Below are positions 51,318 through 60,444 of a stretch of DNA of 64,000 nucleotides, piece after piece. Made by a program: the position numbers and the translations under genes. The notes beneath the pieces are model-generated. The model ran no database searches. It was given only the letters and a program-made list of their open reading frames with translations, and had not been told where the DNA came from. This DNA comes from Kiritimatiellia bacterium (GTDB lineage: Bacteria; Verrucomicrobiota; Kiritimatiellia; JAAZAB01), in NCBI GenBank assembly GCA_041653875.1, contig JBAZEM010000003.1:34587-98586 (forward strand). Reading direction: 5' to 3'. Positions within the stretch are counted from its first letter, which is position 1. The number at the start of each line of letters is the position of its first letter.

Positions 51318-53144
51318 ATGAACCATTCCACATCAACCATTCCCAATCCGCTCGCGCGTATCCGCAATTTCTGCATTATCGCGCACATTGACCACGGGAA
51401 ATCCACGCTGGCCGATCGCATGTTGCAGTTGACACATACCGTTGAAGATCGGGATTTCCGTGACCAGGTTTTGGACAGCATGGATCTCGAGCGCGAGCGG
51501 GGCATCACCATCAAGTGCCACCCCGTTACCATGAATTACCAGGCGACCGACGGCCAGACCTACGAGTTCAACCTGCTGGATACGCCCGGCCACGTCGATT
51601 TTACGTACGAAGTCTCGCGGAGCATGGCGGCTTGCGATGGCGCCTTGCTTGTTGTGGACGCCGCGCAGGGTGTGGAAGCGCAGACCGTGGCCAACGCCTA
51701 TCTGGCCATGGAGGCCAATTTGACCATCATCCCCGTGATTAACAAAATCGATTTGCCCACCGCCGATGTGGCGACCGTGACCAGGCAAATCGAGGATGTT
51801 TTGGGGCTTTCCGTGGAGGAGGGGTGCCTGATCAGCGCCAAGACAGGGCAGGGGGTGCCGGCCCTGATGGAAATCATCATGCGCAAGGTGCCGCCGCCGA
51901 AGACCGACTTGGAAGTTGGGACAAGGGTGCTGGTTTTCGATTCCATTTATGACGCCTACCGTGGCGTGATGCCATATGTGCGTGTCATGGATGGCCGGCT
52001 GAAAACCGGGGACCGAATCCGCTTCATGGGCACCGGCTATACCGGTGAAATCAAGGAAGTCGGCATGTTTTGTCCAAAGCCCACGCCGGTGGCCGTTCTG
52101 AACGCTGGTCAGGTCGGCTACATCGTGGGCACGATCAAGGAACCCCGCGATATCCTCATCGGCGACACCATTACAACCCAGGAGCGGCCGGCCAAACAGC
52201 CGTTGCCGGGCTTCAAGCTGGTTCTGCCCATGGTGTTTAGCGGGGTGTATCCGGTCAACACCTCCGACCTTGAGAAGTTAAAATCCAGTTTGGACCGTCT
52301 CAGCCTGAACGACAGCGCGTTCACCTACCAGCCGGAATCGTCCGTGGCGCTGGGATTCGGGTTCCGTTGCGGGTTTCTTGGCCTGTTGCACATGGAAATC
52401 GTGCAGGAACGCCTGCGGCGCGAGTACGACGTGGACATCATCAGCACTTATCCTTCGGTAATCTACAACGTGTTCTTGAATAACGGGGAGATGGTCAAGA
52501 TCGACAATCCCGTGCGCATGCCCGACCTGACGCGGATCGATCATATCGAGGAGCCCATGATCCGCGCGTTTATCATCTGCCAAAACGAGCATATCAGCGA
52601 TGTAATGAAGCTCATCATGGACCGGCGCGGCGCGGTGGAAAAGACGGATTCGCTGGACACACGGCGGGTCATGCTGACTTGTTCAATGCCGCTAAACGAG
52701 ATCCTGGTGGATTTTTACGATTTTCTTAAAAGCATTTCGCACGGGTATGCCTCCATGGATTATGAGCATCATGGGCACATGGCCAGCGACCTGGTGCGCC
52801 TGGATATCCTGCTCAATGGCGAACCCGTGGACGCGTTTTCCTGCCTTATTCACCGCTCCAAGGCGGAGAGCCGCGGGCGGCAGATGTGCGCCGCGCTGAA
52901 GGACGTTATCCCGCCGCATTTGTTTGTCATTCCCGTCCAGGCGGCCATCGGCAAGACAATCATCGCCCGTGAAACCATCCGGGCCTTGCGCAAGGATGTG
53001 ACCGCCAAATGCTATGGCGGCGACATCTCGCGCAAGCGCAAACTGCTGGAACGCCAGAAGGAAGGCAAGAAGCGCATGAAATTAGTCGGGCGGGTGAACG
53101 TGCCGCAGGAAGCTTTTATTTCAGTGCTTAAATCGAGCGGATAA
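51318..53144 (+). CDS. lepA: Translation elongation factor 4
   Basis: IRNFCIIAHIDHGKSTLADRML, LLDTPGHVDF, NKIDLP. ~600 aa, followed by lepB. Confidence 0.95.
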   Translation: MNHSTSTIPNPLARIRNFCIIAHIDHGKSTLADRMLQLTHTVEDRDFRDQVLDSMDLERERGITIKCHPVTMNYQATDGQTYEFNLLDTPGHVDFTYEVSRSMAACDGALLVVDAAQGVEAQTVANAYLAMEANLTIIPVINKIDLPTADVATVTRQIEDVLGLSVEEGCLISAKTGQGVPALMEIIMRKVPPPKTDLEVGTRVLVFDSIYDAYRGVMPYVRVMDGRLKTGDRIRFMGTGYTGEIKEVGMFCPKPTPVAVLNAGQVGYIVGTIKEPRDILIGDTITTQERPAKQPLPGFKLVLPMVFSGVYPVNTSDLEKLKSSLDRLSLNDSAFTYQPESSVALGFGFRCGFLGLLHMEIVQERLRREYDVDIISTYPSVIYNVFLNNGEMVKIDNPVRMPDLTRIDHIEEPMIRAFIICQNEHISDVMKLIMDRRGAVEKTDSLDTRRVMLTCSMPLNEILVDFYDFLKSISHGYASMDYEHHGHMASDLVRLDILLNGEPVDAFSCLIHRSKAESRGRQMCAALKDVIPPHLFVIPVQAAIGKTIIARETIRALRKDVTAKCYGGDISRKRKLLERQKEGKKRMKLVGRVNVPQEAFISVLKSSG

Positions 53145-53230
53145 TCCAGGCAATGGTGAATGGTCAATGGGAAATGGTCGATGAAATCCGAAATCCGAAA
53201 TCGGCAATCAAAGAATGCCGAAAGGAACAA

Positions 53231-54298
53231 ATGAATTATTTCGAGCGCAGGCGGGCGCGGAAAACCTTGTTGCACTTGATCAAGGAAGCGCGGCATGTCC
53301 GCAATCTGAGGGAAGACGTGGCCGCGGCCGATGACTTGGCGCGTTTGGATGCCGGCGTTCAACGTGTTCGGGATGTAATGAAGTCCGCCGACTGGCCGCA
53401 GGTTGAATCCTCGGCCACGGAACTGGGCGCCCGCATCGAAGCGCTGATGCCCAAACGACCTTGGGCCGGACTGCGCGAGAACCTGGAAATTATCGCGGTG
53501 GCGCTGGCCGTGGCCATGGCGTTCCGGACTTATTTCGTACAGCCGTTCAAGATTCCCACATCCTCCATGTATCCGACGCTGTGCGGCATTCATTACGCTC
53601 CGCAGGATAAACCCGACTGGTTCGACCGCACGCCTTTGCGGTTGGCCAAGTGGCTGATTTTCGGTTCGTGGTATGTGGAAATAAGGGCGCAGACCTCCGG
53701 CATGGTGCAGATCATGAATACCAACCAGGGACGCCAGTTTGTGGTCAACGGTCTGCCACACCAGGTTTTCGAGCACATGAGCGACCATGTGTCCAATGGC
53801 GATATGGTCATCCAAGGGCAATTATTGGCGTCCGGCGTGCGCCTGGCCGGGGATCATATTTTCGTCAATAAAGTGGAGTGGAACTTTCACAAGCCGCGGC
53901 GCGGCGAAATCATGGTATTCAAGACCGACGGAATTAAAGATCCGCGAATCAAGCAAAACGAGCATTATGTCAAGCGCATGGTCGGATTGCCCGGGGAAAC
54001 CCTCGGCATAGAACCCCCGTATCTGTATATTAACGGCGAAATAATGGCGCGACCTTTAGGTATCGCCCGTGTTGAGACGGCCCAGTCGGGTTATGACGGC
54101 TATCAAAAAACAGGAGACTACTTGGCCAGTCACACCAATCGTGTGCAATTGGCGGGCGATCAGTTTTTTGCCTGCGGTGATAACCAGCGCAACAGCTTGG
54201 ACAGCCGGTATTGGGGCCCCGTAAAACGCGCCAATCTGGTCGGCCCGGCCTTTTTCGTCTATTGGCCCTTGTCGCGCCGCTGGGGACTGACGGACTGA
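53231..54298 (+). CDS. lepB: Signal peptidase I
   Basis: IPTSSMYPTL (catalytic Ser), GEIMVFK, YVKRMVGLPGETL (catalytic Lys box), GDNQRNSLDSRYWGPV. The first 26 codons of the track ORF (from 53153) are encoded by the family W repeat, so Met at 53231 is preferred. Confidence 0.88.
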   Translation: MNYFERRRARKTLLHLIKEARHVRNLREDVAAADDLARLDAGVQRVRDVMKSADWPQVESSATELGARIEALMPKRPWAGLRENLEIIAVALAVAMAFRTYFVQPFKIPTSSMYPTLCGIHYAPQDKPDWFDRTPLRLAKWLIFGSWYVEIRAQTSGMVQIMNTNQGRQFVVNGLPHQVFEHMSDHVSNGDMVIQGQLLASGVRLAGDHIFVNKVEWNFHKPRRGEIMVFKTDGIKDPRIKQNEHYVKRMVGLPGETLGIEPPYLYINGEIMARPLGIARVETAQSGYDGYQKTGDYLASHTNRVQLAGDQFFACGDNQRNSLDSRYWGPVKRANLVGPAFFVYWPLSRRWGLTD

Positions 54299-54427
54299 CT
54301 AATCGGACGCCGGACACCAGACGCCGGACGACAGCCCGGATGCTTATTTGGTTTGAATTGACCATCCATTTATGCGAGATTACAAATCAGGCGACAGTTG
54401 GGTAGGGGCGCTTAACAGGAGTCATTT

Positions 54428-55183
54428 ATGACGAAAAAAACGTTGTTAGTTGCGATTATAACCGCTTGGATGCTTGGCAGTCTGCCGATCATGGCGGCCA
54501 CACTGTCCGCCTCGGATTCCCGCGAGACACTGGTTACCCAGCAAAGCCTCGATAATCTCAGCGTCGGCGGCGTATTTGAGTCGCTGAAACGAGACGTTAA
54601 ATACGACAACGGTGGAAAAACCAAGTTGGACGCCTTTAATTATTACGGGTATGTGGGTTACGACTTCCTGGAATGGCTGACTCTTTTTGGCACACTGGGC
54701 GGATGTCAGGCAAAATCCACCGAATTAGACGCACGCGCTGACGCCAAAGTCAAGTGGTCGGCCGGCTTGAATCTTAAACTCTGGCACTTCGATATATACG
54801 ATCCTTCATGGATGGCGGGGCGATGCAGCATCCGCGCCTTGGGCGAATATTCGCAATACCAGTCCGGGAACACTGACACGACCCGGTTGGAATGGCAGGA
54901 TCTATACGCTTCGGTTACGCTCAATTACGAGGTTTTTGTGGCGCGCATGGATGATATCGATAAATATCCGTATAGTCTTTTATTATATGTTGGCCCGGCC
55001 TTTTCCAAGGTGGACGGCAAGCGCGAAACGGCGGCGCAAAACTACGATTTCAGCGAAGCGCACAATTTAGGCATTGCGGCTGGCGTGGATTTGTTTGCCT
55101 CGCACAATTTATCCATCGGCGGCCAACTCCAATATTACTTCGATCAACCCACCTTGAGCGCCAGTGTGATGTATAACTTCTGA
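54428..55183 (+). CDS. Putative small outer-membrane beta-barrel protein
   Basis: AGGAG SD. Signal peptide MTKKTLLVAIITAWMLGSLPIMAA. Alternating beta pattern. C-terminal ...SASVMYNF. G+C is lower than the flanks. Confidence 0.7.
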   Translation: MTKKTLLVAIITAWMLGSLPIMAATLSASDSRETLVTQQSLDNLSVGGVFESLKRDVKYDNGGKTKLDAFNYYGYVGYDFLEWLTLFGTLGGCQAKSTELDARADAKVKWSAGLNLKLWHFDIYDPSWMAGRCSIRALGEYSQYQSGNTDTTRLEWQDLYASVTLNYEVFVARMDDIDKYPYSLLLYVGPAFSKVDGKRETAAQNYDFSEAHNLGIAAGVDLFASHNLSIGGQLQYYFDQPTLSASVMYNF

Positions 55184-55372
55184 GATCGCGCACTCGGGCG
55201 GCGAGGGCGCCGGGCTGCAACAAGAAGGAACTGTAACTCCAGCGTGTAAGAGGCAAAAGCAACGGTAATATTAACGTCGCATAATATATCTTATGTCTAC
55301 TAACACGTGCGACCCAGCACAAGCCATGGTTGTTTCCGCTCTTATGAAGCGGTCCCTGCCACAAGTGGAAAA

Positions 55373-56269
55373 TTAGCGGACTAAATAAACCATCTTCTCC
55401 GGCTTGGCTTCCCGCTCGATATCGATGACAAAACCGTTGACCCGATTCTTGACGAATTCGTTGATAAAGTATTCCGCCCGCGATTGACTGATCATGGGCA
55501 TGGAATTGACCTGCCGGATGATATCGCCCTGTTTAAGCCCAAACGCGCGGAAAATTTCCCCTTCGCCTTCAACATCCAGCGTATATCCGGCGATCTTGCC
55601 GGTCTGATAAACCGGCTTAAGCGATTCGAAAACATTGGCCAGGCGGTCGGGATTATTGAGCAATTCCTGATAGTACTTGAGCACGGCGCTGCGTTCGAGC
55701 ACCCAGCGACGCTCGCCTGTCCTCTTCCCGAATCGAACGAGAGTCGCGTCCGCCTGACCCTGGGTAACATCGGTTCCTGCGCGGTCTGCGGATGCAACGG
55801 GCTTGTCGCCCCCGGCAAAGCTTAGCCATAATTGCTCATCGTTATTGCCGTTTCGTAAAATGACCCGGTCCCTGAATATGGTCACAACCATGACATTCTG
55901 ATCCAGATTGTCGCCCTCGGCGACCAGGCATTGGGTCTTTTTCTGGATATCGTCAATTATGGCCTTGCGTGACTGCTGATAACTGTTGGCGGCAAAAAAG
56001 GTGCCTGCCAGACGGAACCGCTGCGCCAGCGGGCCTAAATTGGCGGCAATCTGTCCGCCTGCCTGTTTTTTAAAAGTGTTGCCGTCAAAATCGAGCGTCG
56101 GCGTGTCAAGCCGACGCCAAGCAGGCAACGCGACGGCTTGTGTCCGATCCGGAGGGGCATTTGGAAGCTGAAGATTCCGGTAAACGAACAAGGCGCCGAT
56201 CGCCAGCGACATGGCGACTAACACCGGACTCAAGCGCTGGACCAACGGATTTATGGCGGCGATGTCCAT
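55373..56269 (-). CDS. GspC/PulC-like protein (N-terminal TM anchor + C-terminal PDZ domain)
   Basis: TM anchor LSPVLVAMSLAIGALFVY. PDZ-like GYTLDVEGEGEIFRAFGLKQGDIIRQVNSMPM. No other T2SS genes are in the window. Confidence 0.55.
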   Translation of the reverse strand: MDIAAINPLVQRLSPVLVAMSLAIGALFVYRNLQLPNAPPDRTQAVALPAWRRLDTPTLDFDGNTFKKQAGGQIAANLGPLAQRFRLAGTFFAANSYQQSRKAIIDDIQKKTQCLVAEGDNLDQNVMVVTIFRDRVILRNGNNDEQLWLSFAGGDKPVASADRAGTDVTQGQADATLVRFGKRTGERRWVLERSAVLKYYQELLNNPDRLANVFESLKPVYQTGKIAGYTLDVEGEGEIFRAFGLKQGDIIRQVNSMPMISQSRAEYFINEFVKNRVNGFVIDIEREAKPEKMVYLVR

Positions 56270-56369
56270 GCAAATCAGTTCCTTGTTCTTCGTTCTTTGT
56301 CCTTAGTTTCAGATTAATGAAGAACGAAGAACCAGAAACCAAGAACTTTTTCGGTATTAACAAATAGCG

Positions 56370-56830
56370 GATCTCAGGCGGCCAGGCTATAAGCCGGATT
56401 TTGTGCGCCGGCGTTCCGGCGCGATGGTCATTTATCTTGCCTGTCCGACGACGGCCAGGACTTGTTGCGATCAACCCGATGCCGATCCCGAGCGCGGGAT
56501 AAAGGCGGGCAGCCTTGCCGGCATCATATTCGATCTTGCTCCAGGCGGGGTTTGCCTTGCCTTCGGTCCTTGCGGACCGGAGCGGTGGTCTCTTACACCG
56601 CCGTTTCACCCTTGCTCCGCGCCACGCTAACGCGGTGCGGGGCGGTTTGTTTCTGTGGCACTATCCGTTTCTTTCGATTAATCGAAAGACCTCCCGGCAT
56701 TACACCAGGACGCCCTACCCTATGGAGTCCGGACTTTCCTCCCCGCACACGCCGCGCCGATCGTCCCGACTTTGAAAAGTCGGGACATGTTGGGACGGCG
56801 GCACAGAGCGACCATCCGCCTGACCACCCA
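56370..56830 (-). ncRNA. rnpB: RNase P RNA, bacterial type A
   Basis: The minus strand carries these motifs. GGAGGAAAGUCCGGACUCCAUAGGG (CR-I / P4 5' strand). GUGCCACAGAAACAAACCGCC. AAGGGUGAAACGGCGGUGUAAGAGACCACC. CACAAAAUCCGGCUUAUAGCC (P4 3' strand / CR-V). P1 pairing UCAGGCGG / CCGCCUGA. It is collinear with E. coli M1 RNA. The ends are approximate to within ~10 nt. Confidence 0.93.
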
Positions 56831-56853
56831 AGATCCGGGAAGAGGGTACACGA

Positions 56854-57573
56854 TTACGCGCGCCAATACAAGAGGCGTCCGCAGAAGGAACAGGTAATGA
56901 TGGCATCGGCGCGCTTGATGTCCTGGAGGACATGGGGGGGCAGTTTCATGTGGCATCCGCCGCAGGCATTTTTCTCGACGCTAACCAAGGCCACGTCCTT
57001 GCGATTTTCCATGACGCGGTTATAGCGGCTTAACCAGTCGTCGGGGATACCGGCCACCAGGCCCTGACGATCCAACTGGAGCTGTTGTACTTCGGCTTCC
57101 AGGTTTTTAAAGCGTTCATCGAAGCGCTGGAATTCGCCCTGCACGGCGCCTTCGGCCTTGAGCAACTCGGCTTTCAAGCCGTTCTCTTCCTGACGGGTCT
57201 GCTCGACCGTCTCCATGAGTTCGATTTCACCATCCTCCAAGCCCCGAATATTTTCCTGCAGAACGGCGATTTCCCTGTTTAAAACCTTGAACTCCTCATT
57301 AGATTTGATTTGAAACTGCTGTTCGCGGAATTTCGCGATTTTTTGACGGAGACTTTCGATTTCAACTTCCTTCTGCTTGACGGCCGACAACCGCATTTTG
57401 ACAGTTGTTTTGGCGTTTTCCAGCGCCGTCTTGTGCCGATCCAAATCGGTTGAGATGTTATTTTTCAGATTGGGAATATCGTTCAATTCCCGCCGGCATC
57501 GCGCGATACGGCAATCGCGCTCCTGGATGATCAGTAATTTGTCGATAATGTCGAGAACCCTTTGTTTGTCCAT
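56854..57573 (-). CDS. Coiled-coil + C4 zinc-ribbon protein (COG1579 family)
   Basis: Long heptad-rich body ending in CGGCHMKLPPHVLQDIKRADAIITCSFCGRLLYW. Start is MDKQRVLDII at 57573. Confidence 0.8.
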   Translation of the reverse strand: MDKQRVLDIIDKLLIIQERDCRIARCRRELNDIPNLKNNISTDLDRHKTALENAKTTVKMRLSAVKQKEVEIESLRQKIAKFREQQFQIKSNEEFKVLNREIAVLQENIRGLEDGEIELMETVEQTRQEENGLKAELLKAEGAVQGEFQRFDERFKNLEAEVQQLQLDRQGLVAGIPDDWLSRYNRVMENRKDVALVSVEKNACGGCHMKLPPHVLQDIKRADAIITCSFCGRLLYWRA

Positions 57574-57584
57574 TATGATTCCAA

Positions 57585-60425
57585 TCATTTCCCAATCGGC
57601 CGATAGCCGCGGCCACCCCAATGACTGGCCCAGGCTATAATTTCACCGTCCAATGACGCGATATACCACAATCCGGTCGCTTCCTGGTACAACCCGAGGT
57701 CCCATTTGCCGTCACCGTTATAATCCCCCATTACCGGTTCAAGCCCCAGGCCGCCCCACTCTATGCCCAACGCCAAAATTCGGCCATCCAGTGCGCCGAT
57801 GTACCACCGTCCGGTTGTCTCTTGATAAACTGCGGCATCCCATAATCCATCGCCATCGTAATCTCCAGGAACGGGGCTGAACCCCGGTCCACCCCATATC
57901 GCGCCCGACGCCAGCAATTGCCCATCCAGCGTCCGAATGTACCACAGTCCCGACGATTCCTGGTACACCGCCATATCCCAGCGCCCATCGCCGTTATAGT
58001 CCCCGATCACCGGCTCATACCCGGACGAGCCCCAGTTCCATACCATCAATCCGCCATCCGATTTCAAGACGTACCAACGGCCATTACCTTCGTGGAATAC
58101 CGACATATCCCCGTGTCCCACGCCTTCGTAGTCTGCCACTAATCCCAGATACCCGGAAGCGCCAAATTCCCCGCGCGCCAATCGATAGCCGCTCCCGGAA
58201 TACAATATCTGCCATATCCCGCTTGCGCCGTCATGCGCCATGGGATCCGAACGCCGATCGCCATCCAGGTCTCCCAACACCGGCCGGCCGGCGCCGCCAA
58301 AAACCCGGGCTCCGGCTGCCAGCACGCGTTCATCCACCGATCGGACACTCCACTCCGTGCCCCGATAGACGCCCAAGTCCGAAATGCCGTCGCCATCATA
58401 ATCGTCGAAGGCATGGTAATTCAACCCGCCGCTTGAACGGATCCGCATGCTTCCACTGCGCTTGGTCACATTATTATCCGGGATCGTATCCGCCAGCAAG
58501 GATGGGAATTCCGGCAACACGCGCACAAAAATGTTATAGTCGCCCTCCGTTGACGGCATCGCCAACTGACTGCCGGCCACTTTCATCACCATGTCGTCGC
58601 CGGGCGCCAATGTTACTTTATCCACCACCTTGCCGATTAAATATTCATTTCCGGCGCCAAGGGCTTGATTTGTGGACGCAAAAAATTCCATGCCCACGGT
58701 TCCATTCGCGTCCGCCATATTCGCTCCGCCTCCATTACCCATTCGGAACGATACGACCGCCGGAGAACCTCCCACGCCCATTTGCAACGGCAAGACCACC
58801 AAATCCCTGACCCAAAGGTCCACCCCGGCCGATGCCCCATATCCGCGATCCAACGCCGACCATCCCCCGATTCCCGCCTCCAGGCTATAGGCGCGCGCCC
58901 AATAATAATACATCGTTCCCGGCAGCACACTGCCGTCGTCAAACACGGGCGTAGTCACCGTGGCGACCTTGACCGCCCCGCCGCCCGGTGGCAATACGGC
59001 GCGTATGCTACGCCAGACTTCATATTCCGAGGCCGATTCCACGGTCTCCCACGTCACCCGCACCTGGCCCACGTATGCGCCTTTGCTGGCAGTCAATTTG
59101 CCCGGGACCCCGAAGGAATAGCCCGTGTCTCCCACGCTCAGCGCGCTGCCGAACAAACCGTTGGTCGCCCCAACTTTGTATTCATAATGCATGCCGCTCT
59201 CGATGGACACATCGTCATATACCCCGCCGTATGTTCCGCCGGCCGTGAAAAAAATCTGTTCCAGCGCATCCCCCGTATTGGCCTTGCGGCGATACAATTG
59301 GTATCCGGTGGCCCCATCCACATTCGGCCAAGTCACGCGCACCTTGTCGATATAGGCGCCATCCGTCGCAAAAATGCCGCCTGGCGCCGCCAAACTGCGA
59401 TATCCGGTTTCCAGGTTTGTGCTCTTGGGCCCCTCGCCGCGCGCGCTATTCATCGAACTAACCCAGTAATAATACAACACTCCCGCCTGCGCCGTCAGAT
59501 CGTCGAAATTAGTTCCGAGCGCTTGTCCGATCGGCGCCGCCAAATCGGGATCGAACGTTTCAGCGCTATACACGACGTAACTTGCCGCCCCGGTCACGGG
59601 ACTCCAGCTCACCGCCACTTTGTTGGTATAAGTTCCGTCGCTGGCCGTCACTTCCGTGGGCGCGGGCAAGGCCGTCACGGTCACCTGCACATTTAAAGTC
59701 GCGCTCAAGTGTATCGTTCCCGTCGGCGCATAGGTTCCGTCGCCCGGGTCCCACGCGGTGATCCTCACGGACGCATTGTACACTCCCGTGCTGGCGGATA
59801 TGCCGTCCACATACGCGATCGACACGCGATTCGTTTCCCCCGAACTCACGCCGCCGCTGTGATCCAGACTGCGGATCAACTCCGGCGATCCGTTCAATAT
59901 CTCGAACGTGTAGGCCATCGGCACCCTGGGCGTCATGCTTCCGTTCCAGATCGAGAATTCCTGGTTGACCAGATTCACGCCCCTGGAGACCGTTTGCGTT
60001 ACTATCGAGGGACTAAACGCAATCACCGGCGGCGCCACGATTCGCATCGTCACATCGACTAAATTCGTCTGGCCAAAGCCCAGGCCATCCTGCGCAACAA
60101 CCTGAACTATTCCCGAATAGACGCCGTGGGTTAATCCCGTCGTTGTATATGTATTGGTTATATAAACGCTCGCGGCGGAAGAGCAGATTCCGGACAACGG
60201 CTGGGCGGACATCCAGTTCGTGCCGCTGATAACTGTCACGGCATAATCAAAGTCTGTTCCGCCGGTGTTCCCGATCGTAAAAACCTGGGTGGGGGCCGCA
60301 GCACCCTGCATGACGGCATTTGTCAAACGCGCGGGCTCCACCGTCGCGGCGGCGAAGGCATCGCCGGTCAAAACCGTCACGGCCGCCAACGCCGCGATCG
60401 CCAATGTAATGGATGGTTTGGGCAT
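57585..60425 (-). CDS. Secreted giant repeat protein (Ig/BACON-like + Fn3-like modules + FG-GAP beta-propeller)
   Basis: Signal peptide MPKPSITLAIAALAAVTVLTGDAFAA. Fn3-like VTASDGTYTNKVAVSWSPVTGAASYVVYS and LTASKGAYVGQVRVTWETVESASEYEVWRS. C-terminal FG-GAP repeats DYDGDGISDLGVY, DYNGDGRWDMAVY, DYDGDGLWDAAVY, DYNGDGKWDLGLY. Confidence 0.85.
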   Translation of the reverse strand: MPKPSITLAIAALAAVTVLTGDAFAAATVEPARLTNAVMQGAAAPTQVFTIGNTGGTDFDYAVTVISGTNWMSAQPLSGICSSAASVYITNTYTTTGLTHGVYSGIVQVVAQDGLGFGQTNLVDVTMRIVAPPVIAFSPSIVTQTVSRGVNLVNQEFSIWNGSMTPRVPMAYTFEILNGSPELIRSLDHSGGVSSGETNRVSIAYVDGISASTGVYNASVRITAWDPGDGTYAPTGTIHLSATLNVQVTVTALPAPTEVTASDGTYTNKVAVSWSPVTGAASYVVYSAETFDPDLAAPIGQALGTNFDDLTAQAGVLYYYWVSSMNSARGEGPKSTNLETGYRSLAAPGGIFATDGAYIDKVRVTWPNVDGATGYQLYRRKANTGDALEQIFFTAGGTYGGVYDDVSIESGMHYEYKVGATNGLFGSALSVGDTGYSFGVPGKLTASKGAYVGQVRVTWETVESASEYEVWRSIRAVLPPGGGAVKVATVTTPVFDDGSVLPGTMYYYWARAYSLEAGIGGWSALDRGYGASAGVDLWVRDLVVLPLQMGVGGSPAVVSFRMGNGGGANMADANGTVGMEFFASTNQALGAGNEYLIGKVVDKVTLAPGDDMVMKVAGSQLAMPSTEGDYNIFVRVLPEFPSLLADTIPDNNVTKRSGSMRIRSSGGLNYHAFDDYDGDGISDLGVYRGTEWSVRSVDERVLAAGARVFGGAGRPVLGDLDGDRRSDPMAHDGASGIWQILYSGSGYRLARGEFGASGYLGLVADYEGVGHGDMSVFHEGNGRWYVLKSDGGLMVWNWGSSGYEPVIGDYNGDGRWDMAVYQESSGLWYIRTLDGQLLASGAIWGGPGFSPVPGDYDGDGLWDAAVYQETTGRWYIGALDGRILALGIEWGGLGLEPVMGDYNGDGKWDLGLYQEATGLWYIASLDGEIIAWASHWGGRGYRPIGK

Positions 60426-60444
60426 AATCGTCTTCCAGCGGTTG

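Noticed and set aside
51256-53200. The idea that lepA is a mobile cassette flanked by inverted repeats.
   Set aside because: The flanking similarity is limited to short low-complexity words shared with other loci. lepA-lepB is a conserved housekeeping arrangement.
56403-57025. Several 70-190-aa ORFs on both strands.
   Set aside because: They overlap the RNase P RNA gene. The conservation pattern is that of the RNA, not of a protein.
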